DNA from: Octopus sinensis | Taxonomy: Eukaryota | Direction: 5' to 3' | DNA length: 64,000 nucleotides | NCBI RefSeq assembly: GCF_006345805.1 | Contig: NC_043000.1 | Coordinates: forward strand, 25,048,001-25,112,000 | In this document: positions 34,010 to 45,413 of the stretch, piece by piece | Position numbering within the stretch: position 1 is the first letter of the stretch | Layout of the letters: every line of letters begins with the position of its first letter | Made by a program: the position numbers and the translations under genes | The notes under the pieces: model-generated | Seen by the model: the letters and a program-made list of their open reading frames with translations, nothing else | Database searches by the model: none | What the model was told of the DNA's origin: nothing

Positions 34010-34570
34010 CATCATCATCATCATCATTATCATCATCATCATCTTCATCATTGTTTAACGTCCATTTTCCATGCTAGTATGGGTTGGATGGTTCAACTGG
34101 GGACTGGAAAGCTAGGAGGATGCACCAGGCACCAATCTGATCAGGCAAAGTTTCTGCAGCTGGATGTCCTTTCTAACGCCAACTACTCTGTGAGTGTAGT
34201 GGGTGTTTTTTACATGCCACCGGCACAGGGGCCAGAGGAGGCTGGCAAAGGCCATGATTTGTAGGTGCTTTTTACATGCCACCGGCATGGAAGCCAGTCA
34301 ATCCAGCACTGGCATTGGCCACACTTAGATGGTGCTTTGTATGTGCCACCAGCACAGGTATCACAACTACAATTTCCATTTAATTTTCATTTTAATGTTG
34401 ATGTATTTGACTCAATAGGTCTCCTCAAGCACAGCAGGTCACCCTACGATCCAAGGTACTTTGAATGGGCTGGGGCTGGTCATGTGAATCTGGTGTAGGA
34501 TACAGCCGTGAACTCACTTTATTCACCAGGGCTTCATAGTCACAGCATTTCTCCAGAGGTCTCGGTCTTT
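34010..34570 (-). mobile_element. RTE 3' UTR reaching the ORF end
   Basis: Family match to 14308-14990. Confidence 0.85.
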
Positions 34571-35021
34571 GTAATATATATACATATATATATACACACA
34601 CACATACACATACACACACACATATATTGTCTATTTTTAGAAAAACACAAATCCAGAGAAGAAACACACTCTAAGAAGTAGAACAGTCTATATTTATTAC
34701 TGGTGAAGGCCAGTTTATGGGGTTACTCTGGTATCTTCATGGTGTATCATCATCTTAAAGACATATAATTAATTTAATATATATAATTAAAATAAACGTG
34801 TAGTAAATAAACGTATGAACATATACTAAATACATGTGTATATATATATATATATTAGAAAAAATGAGGTAATCAGATCAGATGGTTCATATTTGTAGAT
34901 ATTTATTTATATATTACATTTTTTACATATATATCATATCATTCAGATCATATCATTCGGATTAGCGCTTTCTCCCAATCTAGTGGGGTTTTCAAATCAA
35001 TATATATATCAATATATATAT

Positions 35022-35083
<62 letters not shown>

Positions 35084-35149
35084 GTATGTATTTTTCTATC
35101 TATCTATCCATCAGCAAAAAATATACACCCACACACACACCCAAACGTG

Positions 35150-36072
35150 ATCGATGCCAAGCCTGCCTAACTGGCACATGAGCTGTAAAAAGCACAATCC
35201 AAACATGATCGATGCCAGGCCCACGTGATTGGCTCCTGTGCCAGTGGTACATAAAAAGCACCATCCGAAACTGGCTGATACCAGTATCCCCTGACTGGCT
35301 CATGTACCAGTGGTACATAAAAAGCACTATCCAAACGTGATTGATGCCAGGCTCGCCTGACTGGCTCCTGTACTGGTAACACATAAAAAGCACCCACTAC
35401 ACTCTTGGAGTGGTTGGCATTTGGAAGGGCATCCAGCTGTAGAAACATTACCAGATCAGATTGGCGGTTGGTGCAGCCACTAGAACCATGTGGTAGGAAA
35501 GCAAACTTCTTACTACACAGCCACCCTTATATATACACATTAAATCATCATGTACACAGGGAACTGTAAGAATCAAAATGATGACTTGTATATTCATTCT
35601 CAATAAGCTCCAGCAGATTCACATATATGCACCAACAGTGGCAGACTGTGTCTGAAAATATTGGTTGCCAGGACACTAAGAGTCTCCCCACACAACTGCA
35701 AGGGGGCCTACCCACAACTACGATGCTATCATTTAATTTTTTTTTGTTAATGGAAATTGTAGTTGTGATCCCTGTGCCAGTGGCACATAAAAAGCACCAT
35801 CCGAACATAGCTGATGCCAGCGCCACTTTGACTGGCTTCTGTGCTGGTGGCATGTAAAAAGCACCAACCGATTGTGGCCATTGCCAGCCTTGCCTGGCAT
35901 GTAAAAAGCACCCACTACACTCACTGAGTGGTTGGCGTTAGGAAGGGCACCCAGCTGTAGAAACACTGCCAGATGAGACTGGAGCCTGGTGCAGCCTTCT
36001 GGCTTCCCAGACCCTGGTCGAACTGTCCAACCCATGCTAGCATGGAAAATGGACGTTAAACGATGATGATGA
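35150..36072 (+). mobile_element. Two RTE 3' UTR fragments in plus orientation (35150-35470, 35740-36072)
   Basis: Ends ...catggaaaatggacgttaaacgatgatgatg. Confidence 0.8.
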
Positions 36073-36824
36073 TTCTTTTCAACTGTCTACAAACACAGCC
36101 ATGCTGAAATAATGAATTCTTCCAGGAGTGAATATAAAATTCTCAAACTCAAGGAGATGGGCCCCTTAGATACTAACTTGGGCCCCCATATATGGATTCT
36201 AATGGCGCAGGGGCCCACTTGCCATCGAGAAAGCTGGCAACCTGGCCAATCTACCACTGCGCACATAAATATTTCCCTTAAGGACTTTTATGGTTTACTC
36301 CCTCAAAATGCTGTAAATAAATACATGTAATGTTGCATGCCTTGCTTTAATTGCAGTTAGAATTAAAGAACATTATGAATGTTCCCTTGTGTTTTGTAAA
36401 TTAACACAGAGAAGATCTTTAAAAAACTTTTGCAGCATTAGATCAAAAACTTGAGTATTTTTAGAAACACAGCAAGGATTTTCAAGTTACCAAACTAGTT
36501 ACCGACAGAAATCTGTGTTGCTGAGACATTCACACAATTTCTAATTAGCTGAATTGGAATAATTTTATTTCCAGATCCTTCTCACATGTAATAATAATAG
36601 CTAGACAATGTAATTATATATGTGAATGCCTAAGTAATTAAATACATTAAATAAAGAAATCCAATTAGCATTTTTTTGGTTTTTTTTTCTCATGTAAAAA
36701 ATATCGCTTTACAAAAAGGAAAAGCGTCAAGGTTACTACATTTTTTTTCTTGAACTGATTACAAAAGAGGCCTTGTTTGTAAAAGTGTTTTCTAAGTTAA
36801 CAATTATTATTATCATTTCTGTAA

Positions 36825-38040
36825 GGCAGCAAGCTGGCAGAGTCGTTAACACACCAAACAAAATAGTTAGTGGTATTTCGTCTGTCTTTACGTTCTGAGT
36901 TCAAATTCCGCCGAGGTCAACTTTGCCTTTCATCTTTTTGGGGTCAATTAAATAAGTACTAGTTATGCACTGGGGTCGATTAAATAAGTACCAGTTATGC
37001 ACTGGAGTCGATGTAATCAACTTATCCGTTTGTCTGTCTTTGTTTGTCCCCTCTGTGTGTAGCCCCTTGTGGGCAGTAAAGAAATAGGTATTTCGTCTGT
37101 CTTTACGTTCTGAGTTCAAATTCCGCCGAGGTCGACTTTGCCTTTCATCCTTTCAGGGTAGATAAATTAAGTACCAGTTGCGTACTGGTGTTGATCTAAT
37201 TGACTAGTCCCCTCTCCCAAACTTTCGGACCTTGTGTTTAGAGTAGAAAGCTATGTCACTAGTCGCTTCAAGTTATCTCTCATGGTTTATTTTTGCTTCA
37301 GTTATGCAAATTACCCAGGCCTAATTGTTTTCTACAGTTCGTGCACTTTTAGTGGATTGAAAGCAGCGGCATGTGTGTATAAAATACAGTAATACCTCAC
37401 TGAAAGAGGACCTGTTTTATGAGACCCTGGGTTTATGAGTTTTATTTTTCATGCACAATATCGAAATTTTGAACTAAGTACATAAGTTTCTACTACCATA
37501 ACAAATGCAAGCTGGCAGAGTCATTAACACACCAAAACGAAATACTTAGTGGTATTTCGTCTGTTGCTACTTCTTGAGTTCAAATTCCGCCGACATCAAC
37601 TTTGCTTTTCATCCTTTCGGGGTTAATAAATTAAGTACCAGTGAAACGCTGGGGTCGATGTAATAAATTAGTCCCCTCCCCACAAATTTCAGGCCCCTTG
37701 TGCCTATAGTAGAAAGGATTATTATTATTCTGTTAGCATGCCAGACAAAAATGCTTATAGCATTTCGTCTGTCTTTACATTCTGAATCCAAGTCCTGCCA
37801 AGATCAACTTTGCCTTTCATCACTTCAGGGTCGATAAAAAAAATACCAGTCATATACTGCGGTTAATATAATCAACTTCCTCATTCCCTGAAATTTGTGT
37901 CAAAATCTGGATAGACTTATTAGCATGCTTGGTAAAACACTTAAGTATCATTTCGTTCATCTTTAGATTCTAAGTTCAAATGCTCCTGGGGTTGACTTTG
38001 TCTTTCATCCTTTTGGAGTCAATGTAATAAGTACCACATA
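36825..38040 (+). mobile_element. Co-oriented cluster of 4 SINE B insertions (one dimeric, 5 core copies)
   Basis: The core recurs at about 36900, 37110, 37580, 37800 and 37990. Confidence 0.8.
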
Positions 38041-38084
38041 AAAATCAAAATCAAAATCAAAATCAAAAATCAAATCACAATTAA

Positions 38085-38405
38085 ATAGAAATTGTAGTTG
38101 TGGCTGATACCAGTGCTGCCTGACTGGCTCTCATGCTGGTGGCACGCAATAAGCACCATTCATGTGTAGGTCATTGCCAGTGCTGCCTGACTGGCTCCCC
38201 ATGCCAGTGGCACATAAAGACCACCATCTGAACGTGGTCGATGCATGTAAAAAGTGGTTGGTTTTAGGAAGAGCATCCAGCTGTAGAAACCTTGCCAGAT
38301 CAGATTGGGGCCTGGTGCAGCCACCTGGCTCGCCAGTCCCCGGTCAAACTGCCCAACACATGCAAGCATGGAAAACGGATGTTAAACAATGATGATGATG
38401 ATGAT
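38085..38405 (+). mobile_element. RTE 3' UTR fragment
   Basis: Family match ending in (ATG)n. Confidence 0.8.
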
Positions 38406-38414
38406 GATCACCAC

Positions 38415-38832
38415 ATCAACACCAGTCATCAAGCAGTGGTGGTAGTGGTGGGGACAAACATAGACACAAAGATACACACATACATGCATACACACACACA
38501 CACGCATGCACGCACACACAGATGTGTGCATGTATACCTTTTATCTTTTTTCTTTTACTTGTTTCAATTACCAGACTGTGGCCATGCTGGGGCACCACCT
38601 TGAATGTTTTATTTAAAACAAATCAACCTCAGGATTTATTTTAAAGGCTGGTACTTATTCTGTCAAACATTTTTACTGAACCTCTAAGTCATGGGGAACT
38701 ATGACCTTCTCTCAGTTTCCATCTACCAAATCCAATCACAAGGCTTTGGTTGGCCTGGGGCTATTGTAGAAGACACTTGCCCAAGGTGCCACACAGTGGG
38801 ACTGAACCTGGAACCATTTGGTTGGGAAGCAT
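38415..38832 (-). mobile_element. SINE A fragments in non-colinear order
   Basis: Head (38703-38832), tail (38545-38697) and middle (38415-38500). Confidence 0.65.
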
Positions 38833-39263
38833 TATACATTCACTTTTGGCTTTTGTTGTTCTGTTTCTTTAGTTGATTTATTGCTGCACTTTTGTCCACT
38901 CTTTTACCATTTTCTAATGAGTTGTGGCGTACCTAAACAAGTTTATTATCATTATAAAATCAGAATTTTAAAAAATATATTTGCTAATGTTTTTTTAATA
39001 GTGAATAAAGGTAATACTTGTAATCTTTCACTGGACCTCCGAGACTGGCGAAAGGTTTACTGAGCAACAGCAGTAGTAAATCTTACCCTAACCTCTTTAA
39101 CACCTTTTGCAACATGCAGAGGAAACGTTGGGCCTGTTCGTTTGACATGCCAGTCCCCACACAGCTGAGATGGATGGTTGATAAATCTACCACCCAAGAA
39201 GAGGGATGATTTCTGTAATGGCCTTCAAGCTTTAGTCAATTCAAAGCTATAGTAAATGTGTGT

Positions 39264-39877
39264 GGACAGGATGCTGGCTGGACACAATGCCAAATGGACA
39301 CAGTGCTGAATGGACACAATGTCAAAAGAACACAATGCTGAATGGACACAATGCCAAATGGACATAAAGCCGAATGGACACAATGCCAAATGGACACATT
39401 GCTGAATGGACACAATGCTGAATGAACATAATGCTGAATGGACATAAAGCCGAATGGACACAATGCCAAATGGACACATTGCTGAATGGACACAATGCTG
39501 AATGGACATAATAATGCTGAATGAACATAAAGCCGAATGGACACAATGCCAAATGGATACATTGCTGAATGGACACAATGCTGAATGGACATAATGCTGA
39601 ATGGACATAAAGCCAAATGGACACAATGCCAAATGGACATAAAACCAAATGGACATGAAACCGACTGGATACAATAATAAAAAAAAAATCATTCCTACTT
39701 ACATAGTTTAATTACCAATTCACTAATTTGGCACTTAAGATTTAACGATATTAAATTTCAATTTTCATATGTCGGCATCTTGTCCGTTTGGCTTTATATC
39801 TGTTTGGCGTTGTGTCCATTCAGCTTCTTGGCTTCAGCTTCATGTTCTTCGACAAAAGTGCATTCAGCATCCTGTCC
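39264..39877. mobile_element. Foldback-like element with 13-bp terminal inverted repeat and 16-bp subterminal tandem array (39280-39665)
   Basis: ggacaggatgctg (39264-39276) / cagcatcctgtcc (39865-39877); unit GGACACAATGCTGAAT; inverted unit copies at 39775-39865. Confidence 0.7.
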
Positions 39878-40189
39878 GTGAACCATCATAGAAGACATCT
39901 ACCAAAAATGTTACTCAGTGACATCAAACCTGGAACTATTACAGTCCCAAAATAAACTGCTTAACCACGCTGCCATTCCTGCACCCCATAGGTTGCTTTT
40001 ACTTAATTAGACTCATTATTTTTGTCACAAATGATTTTTCCGTCTGTTTTCATCAAACTATAATGGAATTCCTTATTGTTAAAGATTAAGAAATTTCATG
40101 CAGGAATTAATAAAACCAAGAGTTTCTGTCTAGTTTTGACTTTAAAGTGAGACAGGCGTCCATTTTGCTTGATTTAGTCTCCTTTCTGA

Positions 40190-40625
40190 ATCATTATCAT
40201 CATCATCACCACCACCACCACCACCACCACCACCATCACCACCGCCATCACCGCCGCTGCCACCACCATCATCATCATCATCATCACTACCACCACCACT
40301 GCTGCCACCACCACAACCACCACCATCACAATCATCTTCACCACCATCATCACCACCATCACCACCACCAAAACCACCACCACCCCACCACCACCACCAC
40401 CACCACCACCACCACCACCACCATCACCACCGCCATCACCGCCGCTGCCACCACCATCATCATCATCATCATCACTACCACCACCACTGCTGCCACCACC
40501 ACAACCACCACCATCACAATCATCTTCACCACCATCATCACCACCATCACCACCACCAAAACCACCACCACCACCACCACCACCACCACCACAACCACCA
40601 CCATCACCACCACCATCATCATCAT
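40190..40625. repeat. (CAC)n/(CAT)n tract containing a 188-bp tandem duplication
   Basis: gccatcaccgccgctgcc occurs at 40244 and 40432. Confidence 0.85.
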
Positions 40626-41043
40626 CAGAAACACCAGCACATTCCCATGCGGGCCCCATTGGTTGCACACAACTAATGCTACAATAAACTGTGGAAGTTG
40701 TAAAGATAATTTATGGACAACCTGTATAATATTTTAGTTTGTTGAGTAAACACGTAAACAGTTTAAGATATTTCATAAATATTTATTGCTCTTTATGTTG
40801 TCATTCCAACAGCAGTTTGACATTTGTCTGAGTGTGTGTGTGTGTGCATGCATGCATGGATGTGAGTGTGTCAGTGTTTGTGTGTACCATTGTAACGTTG
40901 CATTTTAAGTTGCAGTCCTTTCTGCCAGAAAGTAAAACAGCCTTTCATAAATAATGGTCATTATCATAAATATGAGGTGCATTCCAGAAGTTTTGAGACT
41001 TTTTTAGGAGAGGCAGTTAGAACCACCCTAGGTTAATGAAATA

Positions 41044-41826
41044 CAGTGATACCTCGCGGTAGAGTTTAATTTGTTCCATGACTGAGCTCGTCTTATAGTT
41101 TACTCGTTTTATAAATCGATTTTCCCCATTGAAATTACCCAAAATATAATTAATCCATTCCAGCCCTGCAAAACCGTAGGAGTAGCTGTGTGGTAAGTAG
41201 CTTGCTTACGAATCACATGGTTCCAGGTTCAGTCCCACTGCATGGCACCTTGGGCAAGTGTCTTCTACTATAGCCTCAGGCCGACTAAAGCCTTGTGAGT
41301 GGATTTGGTAGACGGAAACTGAAAAAAGCCTGTTGTATATATGTATATATATATATGTACGTGTGTGTGTGTATATGTTTGTGCGTCTGTGTTTGTCCCC
41401 CCGATGCTGGTGTATTTATGTCCCCGTAACTTAGGGGTTTGGCAAAAAGAGACCGATAAAGTAATTGCTAGGCTTATAGAGAATAAGTCCTGGGGTCAAT
41501 TTGCTTGACTAAAGGTGGTGCTCCAGCATGGCCACAGTCAAATGACTGAAACAAGTAAAAGAGAGGAAAACCACTCATAAATTATTTTTTAGGGGTTCTA
41601 AAATAGAAAAGGTGTAGTCACAAGTAAGATATGACAATTATAAAAAAGAGAATCCAAAAGAAATATGTAAACTGGTTTTATTAACTGAATTACCTTAAAG
41701 ATGGGACGATTTGTGTGCTCGTACTGTGAATTTCTGCTTGTACTTCAAGACAAAAATTTGCATGAGTCTTGGCTCGTACAGCAAATTACTTGTACAATGG
41801 GGCACTCGTACTGTGAAGTTCTACTG
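41044..41826. mobile_element. pogo/Tigger-like MITE with nested SINE A (41178-41565)
   Basis: TA-CAGTGATACCTCG left end; right end reverse complement CAGTAGAACTTCACAGTACGAG. Confidence 0.55.
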
Positions 41827-41849
41827 CATATCATTACAATTCTAATATT

Positions 41850-42260
41850 TATGAAGCTAAAACATTCAGAGTGAAGCCACTTGGCACATATTGACCTTAA
41901 ACTCTGTTGCACATGTGCACTAAGTTTTAACGTTCTAGCTCACCTCTGCTGTTTACAGCAGAGCTTGGAAGGAAGGTGTGTAGCATGTGATTGTCACATT
42001 GACCATGACGGAGAAAGTTGTTATGGTGATACCTGCTCTGAGGCCTATGCAAAGTTGTAGAAAGTGTATGGAGAGGAGTGTATGAGACACGCACAAGTGT
42101 AGGAGTGGTTCAGGCATTTCCAAGATGGCCGAAAAAATGTCGATATTGACGAATGTTCTGGGAGACCTGCAACCAGCAGAACTGAGAAAAACATTGCAGA
42201 TGTGTGTGCAGCTGTGAGGGGAAATCGTCAAATTACCATCTGTGAGTTATCAGAGGATCA
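41850..42260 (+). pseudogene. mariner 5' region and N-terminal HTH fragment
   Basis: GDTCSEAYAKL*KVYGEECM..EWFRHFQDGRKNVDIDECSGRPATSRTEKNIADVCAAVRGNRQITICELSED. Confidence 0.85.
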
Positions 42261-42264
42261 GTCC

Positions 42265-42635
42265 ATTCATCATCATCATCAACGTTTAACATCTGTTTTC
42301 CATGCTAGCACAGGTTGGACGGTTCGACTGGGGTCTGGGAAGCCAGGAGGCTACACTAGGCTCCAGTCTGATCTGGCAGTGTTTCTACAGCTAGATGCCC
42401 TTCCTAACACCAACAACTCCGTGAGTGTAGTGGGTGCTTTTTACGTTCCGCAGGCACAGGTGCCAGGGGAGGCTGGCAGCAGCCATGATCGGTTGGTGCT
42501 TTTTACGTGCCACCGGCACAGAAGCCAGTTAGAGTGGCACTAGCATCGGCCATGTTTGGATGGTGCTTTTTATGTGCCACCGGCACTGGTATCACAACTA
42601 CAATTTCCATTTGATATTTATTTTGATGTTGATGT
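42265..42635 (-). mobile_element. RTE 3' UTR fragment
   Basis: Family match. Confidence 0.85.
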
Positions 42636-42739
42636 ACTTATCACTGAAGATTCAGCTAATGAGATGCTTGTCTGCCTAGTTTGTGCCAAAACTGCTTTCA
42701 GCTGACCAAAAAGACATTCAGGTTTCAATTCTTCTTGAT

Positions 42740-43048
42740 TGTGTTACAGATGATGGAAACTTATTGAAAACTTTGCGTAGGCCTCTGAGCAGGTGTTACC
42801 AAGCTTTTGGCAAAATTTGATGCAGATTCTCTGTTCAACTTTCTGTCATGGTCAATGCAACGATCACACTCTACACACCTTCCTTCCAAGCACTGCTGTA
42901 AACGTCAGAAGTGAGCTAGAATGGTAAAACTTAGTGCGCTTGCACAGCAGAGTTCAAGGTCAATCTGTGCCAAGTGACTTTACTCTGTGTGCTTTAGCTT
43001 CGTTACTATGGCAACAGTCCGAATACTTATTGGTCGGACCTCATATAT
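42740..43048 (-). mobile_element. mariner left end (TIR plus start of transposase) in inverted orientation
   Basis: Minus strand: ta-tgaggtccgaccaataagtattcggac...VEQRICIKFCQKLGNTCSEAYAKF; homologous to 41850-42060. Confidence 0.8.
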
Positions 43049-43322
43049 TATTATGATATGTTATTACTATACATCTGATAAGATGACCTGGGAACTTTAT
43101 TTTATTCCAGATTGAAGGAGATATCAGTAACAGCACTTTGGACAAACCCTCCTAAACACTGCTTGTCACAACTGACTAGCTAGCAGAATGCAGTTGACTC
43201 ATGAAGATGGCTTGGAAACTTATTATGCAATAAGATCCACTTATAGTTCTATATTTAAGAGATGAGGAATTATGTACATTATTTACATTCGATGGATATT
43301 TGTCCTCATCTTTTTTGTTGTT

Positions 43323-43368
43323 AACACAACGTTTCAGCTGATACACCCCCCAGTCTTCATCAGGTGTC
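43323..43368 (-). ncRNA. Minimal type-I hammerhead ribozyme, core intact
   Basis: GACAC-CUGAUGA-AGACUG(gggggtgtat)CAGCU-GAAACGUU-GUGUU: stem I GACAC/GUGUU, palindromic AACGUU stem III, GUU triplet. Confidence 0.8.
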
Positions 43369-43606
43369 TTGGGGAAATTTTGAACCTGGGTTCTCATTCC
43401 TAACGTATTTTTTGATGTTGCTATTATTTGAACTCGGAATCTTGGCATTAGTAGCCCATGCGCATATGGTGTAGTGGTTAAGAGCGCGAGATACTACCCC
43501 AAGATTCCAAGTTCAATTCCAAGCAGTGACTTGTATAATAATAATAATAATAATAATAACATCAAAAAATACCTTAAGAATGAGAACCCAGGTTCGAAAT
43601 TTCCCC

Positions 43607-43650
43607 AAACACCTGATGATGGCTGGAGGGTATATCAGCCGAAACGTGTT
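43607..43650 (+). ncRNA. Minimal hammerhead motif with 3-nt deletion at the cleavage site
   Basis: AAACAC-CUGAUGA-U-GGCUG(gagggtatat)CAGCC-GAAACGU-GUU. Confidence 0.7.
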
Positions 43651-44053
43651 AACAACAAACAAGATGAGGACAAATATCTGTCAAATGTAAATAATGTAAA
43701 TAAGATTTTTGTTTTAAACTGGGTGAAAACAATGCAGAAACTTATGAAATGCTCCAGACTGGTCATGGGTTAACTTGTGTGAGCCAAACATCTCTGATTC
43801 TTTTGTTTTTTGCTGGCACAAGAGATTCAAAGATGGTAGAGAGGAGGTAAGCGATTCAGACATCAGAGCTGGTTGAGAAGAAAATTTGCAATTTTCCAGA
43901 TGAATACTGTCATGAGTCTATGAAGACAACAGACGTGGTTTTCCGTAGGTTTTTCTTTCCATGGATAAACCCAGTCAATGTTATAGTTACTCCCCCCACC
44001 TTTGGGAGCTCTAATTGTTAAAAATGACGCTTTTGTTATTTGCTTGTGTAGAC

Positions 44054-44482
44054 ACAGGAGTGGCTGTGTGGTAAGTAGCTTGGTTACCAGCCACATGGTT
44101 CCGGATTCAATCTCACTGCATGGCAGCTTGGGCAAGTGTCTCCTAGTATAGCCTTAGGCCAACTAAGGCCTTGTGAGTGGATTTGGTAGACAGAAAATGA
44201 AAGAAGCCAATCATATATGTGTGTGTGTGCGTGTGTGTGTGCATGTGTGTATGTGTGTGTGTATGTGTGTGTATTTGTGTGTCTGTGTTTGTCCCCCCAC
44301 CATCGCTTGACAACCGATGTTGATGTGTTTGCATCCCCGTAACTTAGCGGTTTGCCAAAAGAGACTGATAGAATAAGTACTAGGCTTACAAAGAATAAGT
44401 CCTGGTGTTGATTTATTCGACTAAAGGTTGTGCTCCAGCATAGCCACAGTCAAATGACTGAAACAAATAAAAGAATAAAAAA
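44054..44482 (+). mobile_element. SINE family A, full length
   Basis: Family match. Confidence 0.9.
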
Positions 44483-44559
44483 TAAAAGAATGTCCCAAAA
44501 CGTTTATGATCCCTTTTGATCAGCCCTGCATAGCTTAGAAAGAAATCTATAAAGACAAC

Positions 44560-44882
44560 ACACATACAGTTTGGAGGTGGTATGTCAACTGTACAGAATT
44601 ATGCACGAAAGCCTGAACATGCACAAAATTTCTACAAAGTTTGTCCCATCCTTGTCACAAACTACTTGACAGAGATGGACATCAAAACTGTCCCTCACCC
44701 ACCTTACAATCCAGACCTTGCTCGTTGTGGGTTTTAACTGTTCCTCAAGCTGAAGGGGAACCTCAGAAGCAGTTATTTCAAAGACACTGAAAAAAATGAA
44801 GGAGGCTGTGACAAGGACCCTGAACATTTTAATATGATATCTCACCTGAAAATGTCTCGAAACTTCTGGAATGCATCTTGTA
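44560..44882 (+). pseudogene. Internally deleted mariner C-terminal fragment plus right TIR
   Basis: IMHESLNMHKISTKFVP // VPHPPYNPDLARCGF*LFLKLKGNL; TIR 44854-44880 matches 40973-40999 at 23 of 27 positions, both next to TA. Confidence 0.8.
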
Positions 44883-45413
44883 GCTGATTACAAACGGGGT
44901 AAAAACCTTGAAAGCATTATCCCAGCATGGCCACCCCAGTCTATGACTGAAACGAGAAAACAAATAAAGAAAAGAATATATTAATCTGAGAATGGTATAG
45001 ACACCTGCATAAAGGCATTTGCATTCTCTCTTTGTTATTTTACACACCTTGACTGGTATTTGTATTGTTTGATGTTTTTACCTTTTGTGGTTTGCATCTC
45101 ATCAACAATAGATGTCAATAACCACAACATAAGAGCTGCTTTGTCTCCTAACGGTCATTAATTATGTAAGTACTCCCCCCGTCCACACCAGCTCCTGGCA
45201 GAATTATGCGCCCACTCCAGGTGAATGCTAGTTGATTGGGAAAAAATCTGTGTCAAACAAGCAATTCACGAAGGGCAGAACATATAGGATAATCTCATAA
45301 ACAGGTGTGAAAGCTTAGCTGTCACTCACAAGCAGTGTGACATGATGACCTAATAGCAATATTCCATGCTTTCAGTAACCATTTAGAAAATATGGAGGTT
45401 CAGACACTCCATA

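Larger units (their letters stand above)
43245..43701. mobile_element. Head-to-head inverted pair of the tRNA-headed hammerhead element (- 43245-43460; + 43461-43701)
   Basis: Plus copy has A box TGGTGTAGTGG, B box AAGTTCAATTCC, (AAT)n and a hammerhead. The minus copy is 5'-truncated and has a ~30-nt longer 3' end. Confidence 0.9.

Noticed and set aside
39225-39692. Cys/His-rich repeat ORFs resembling metal-binding proteins
   Set aside because: They are translations of the 16-bp tandem array and appear in all three frames.
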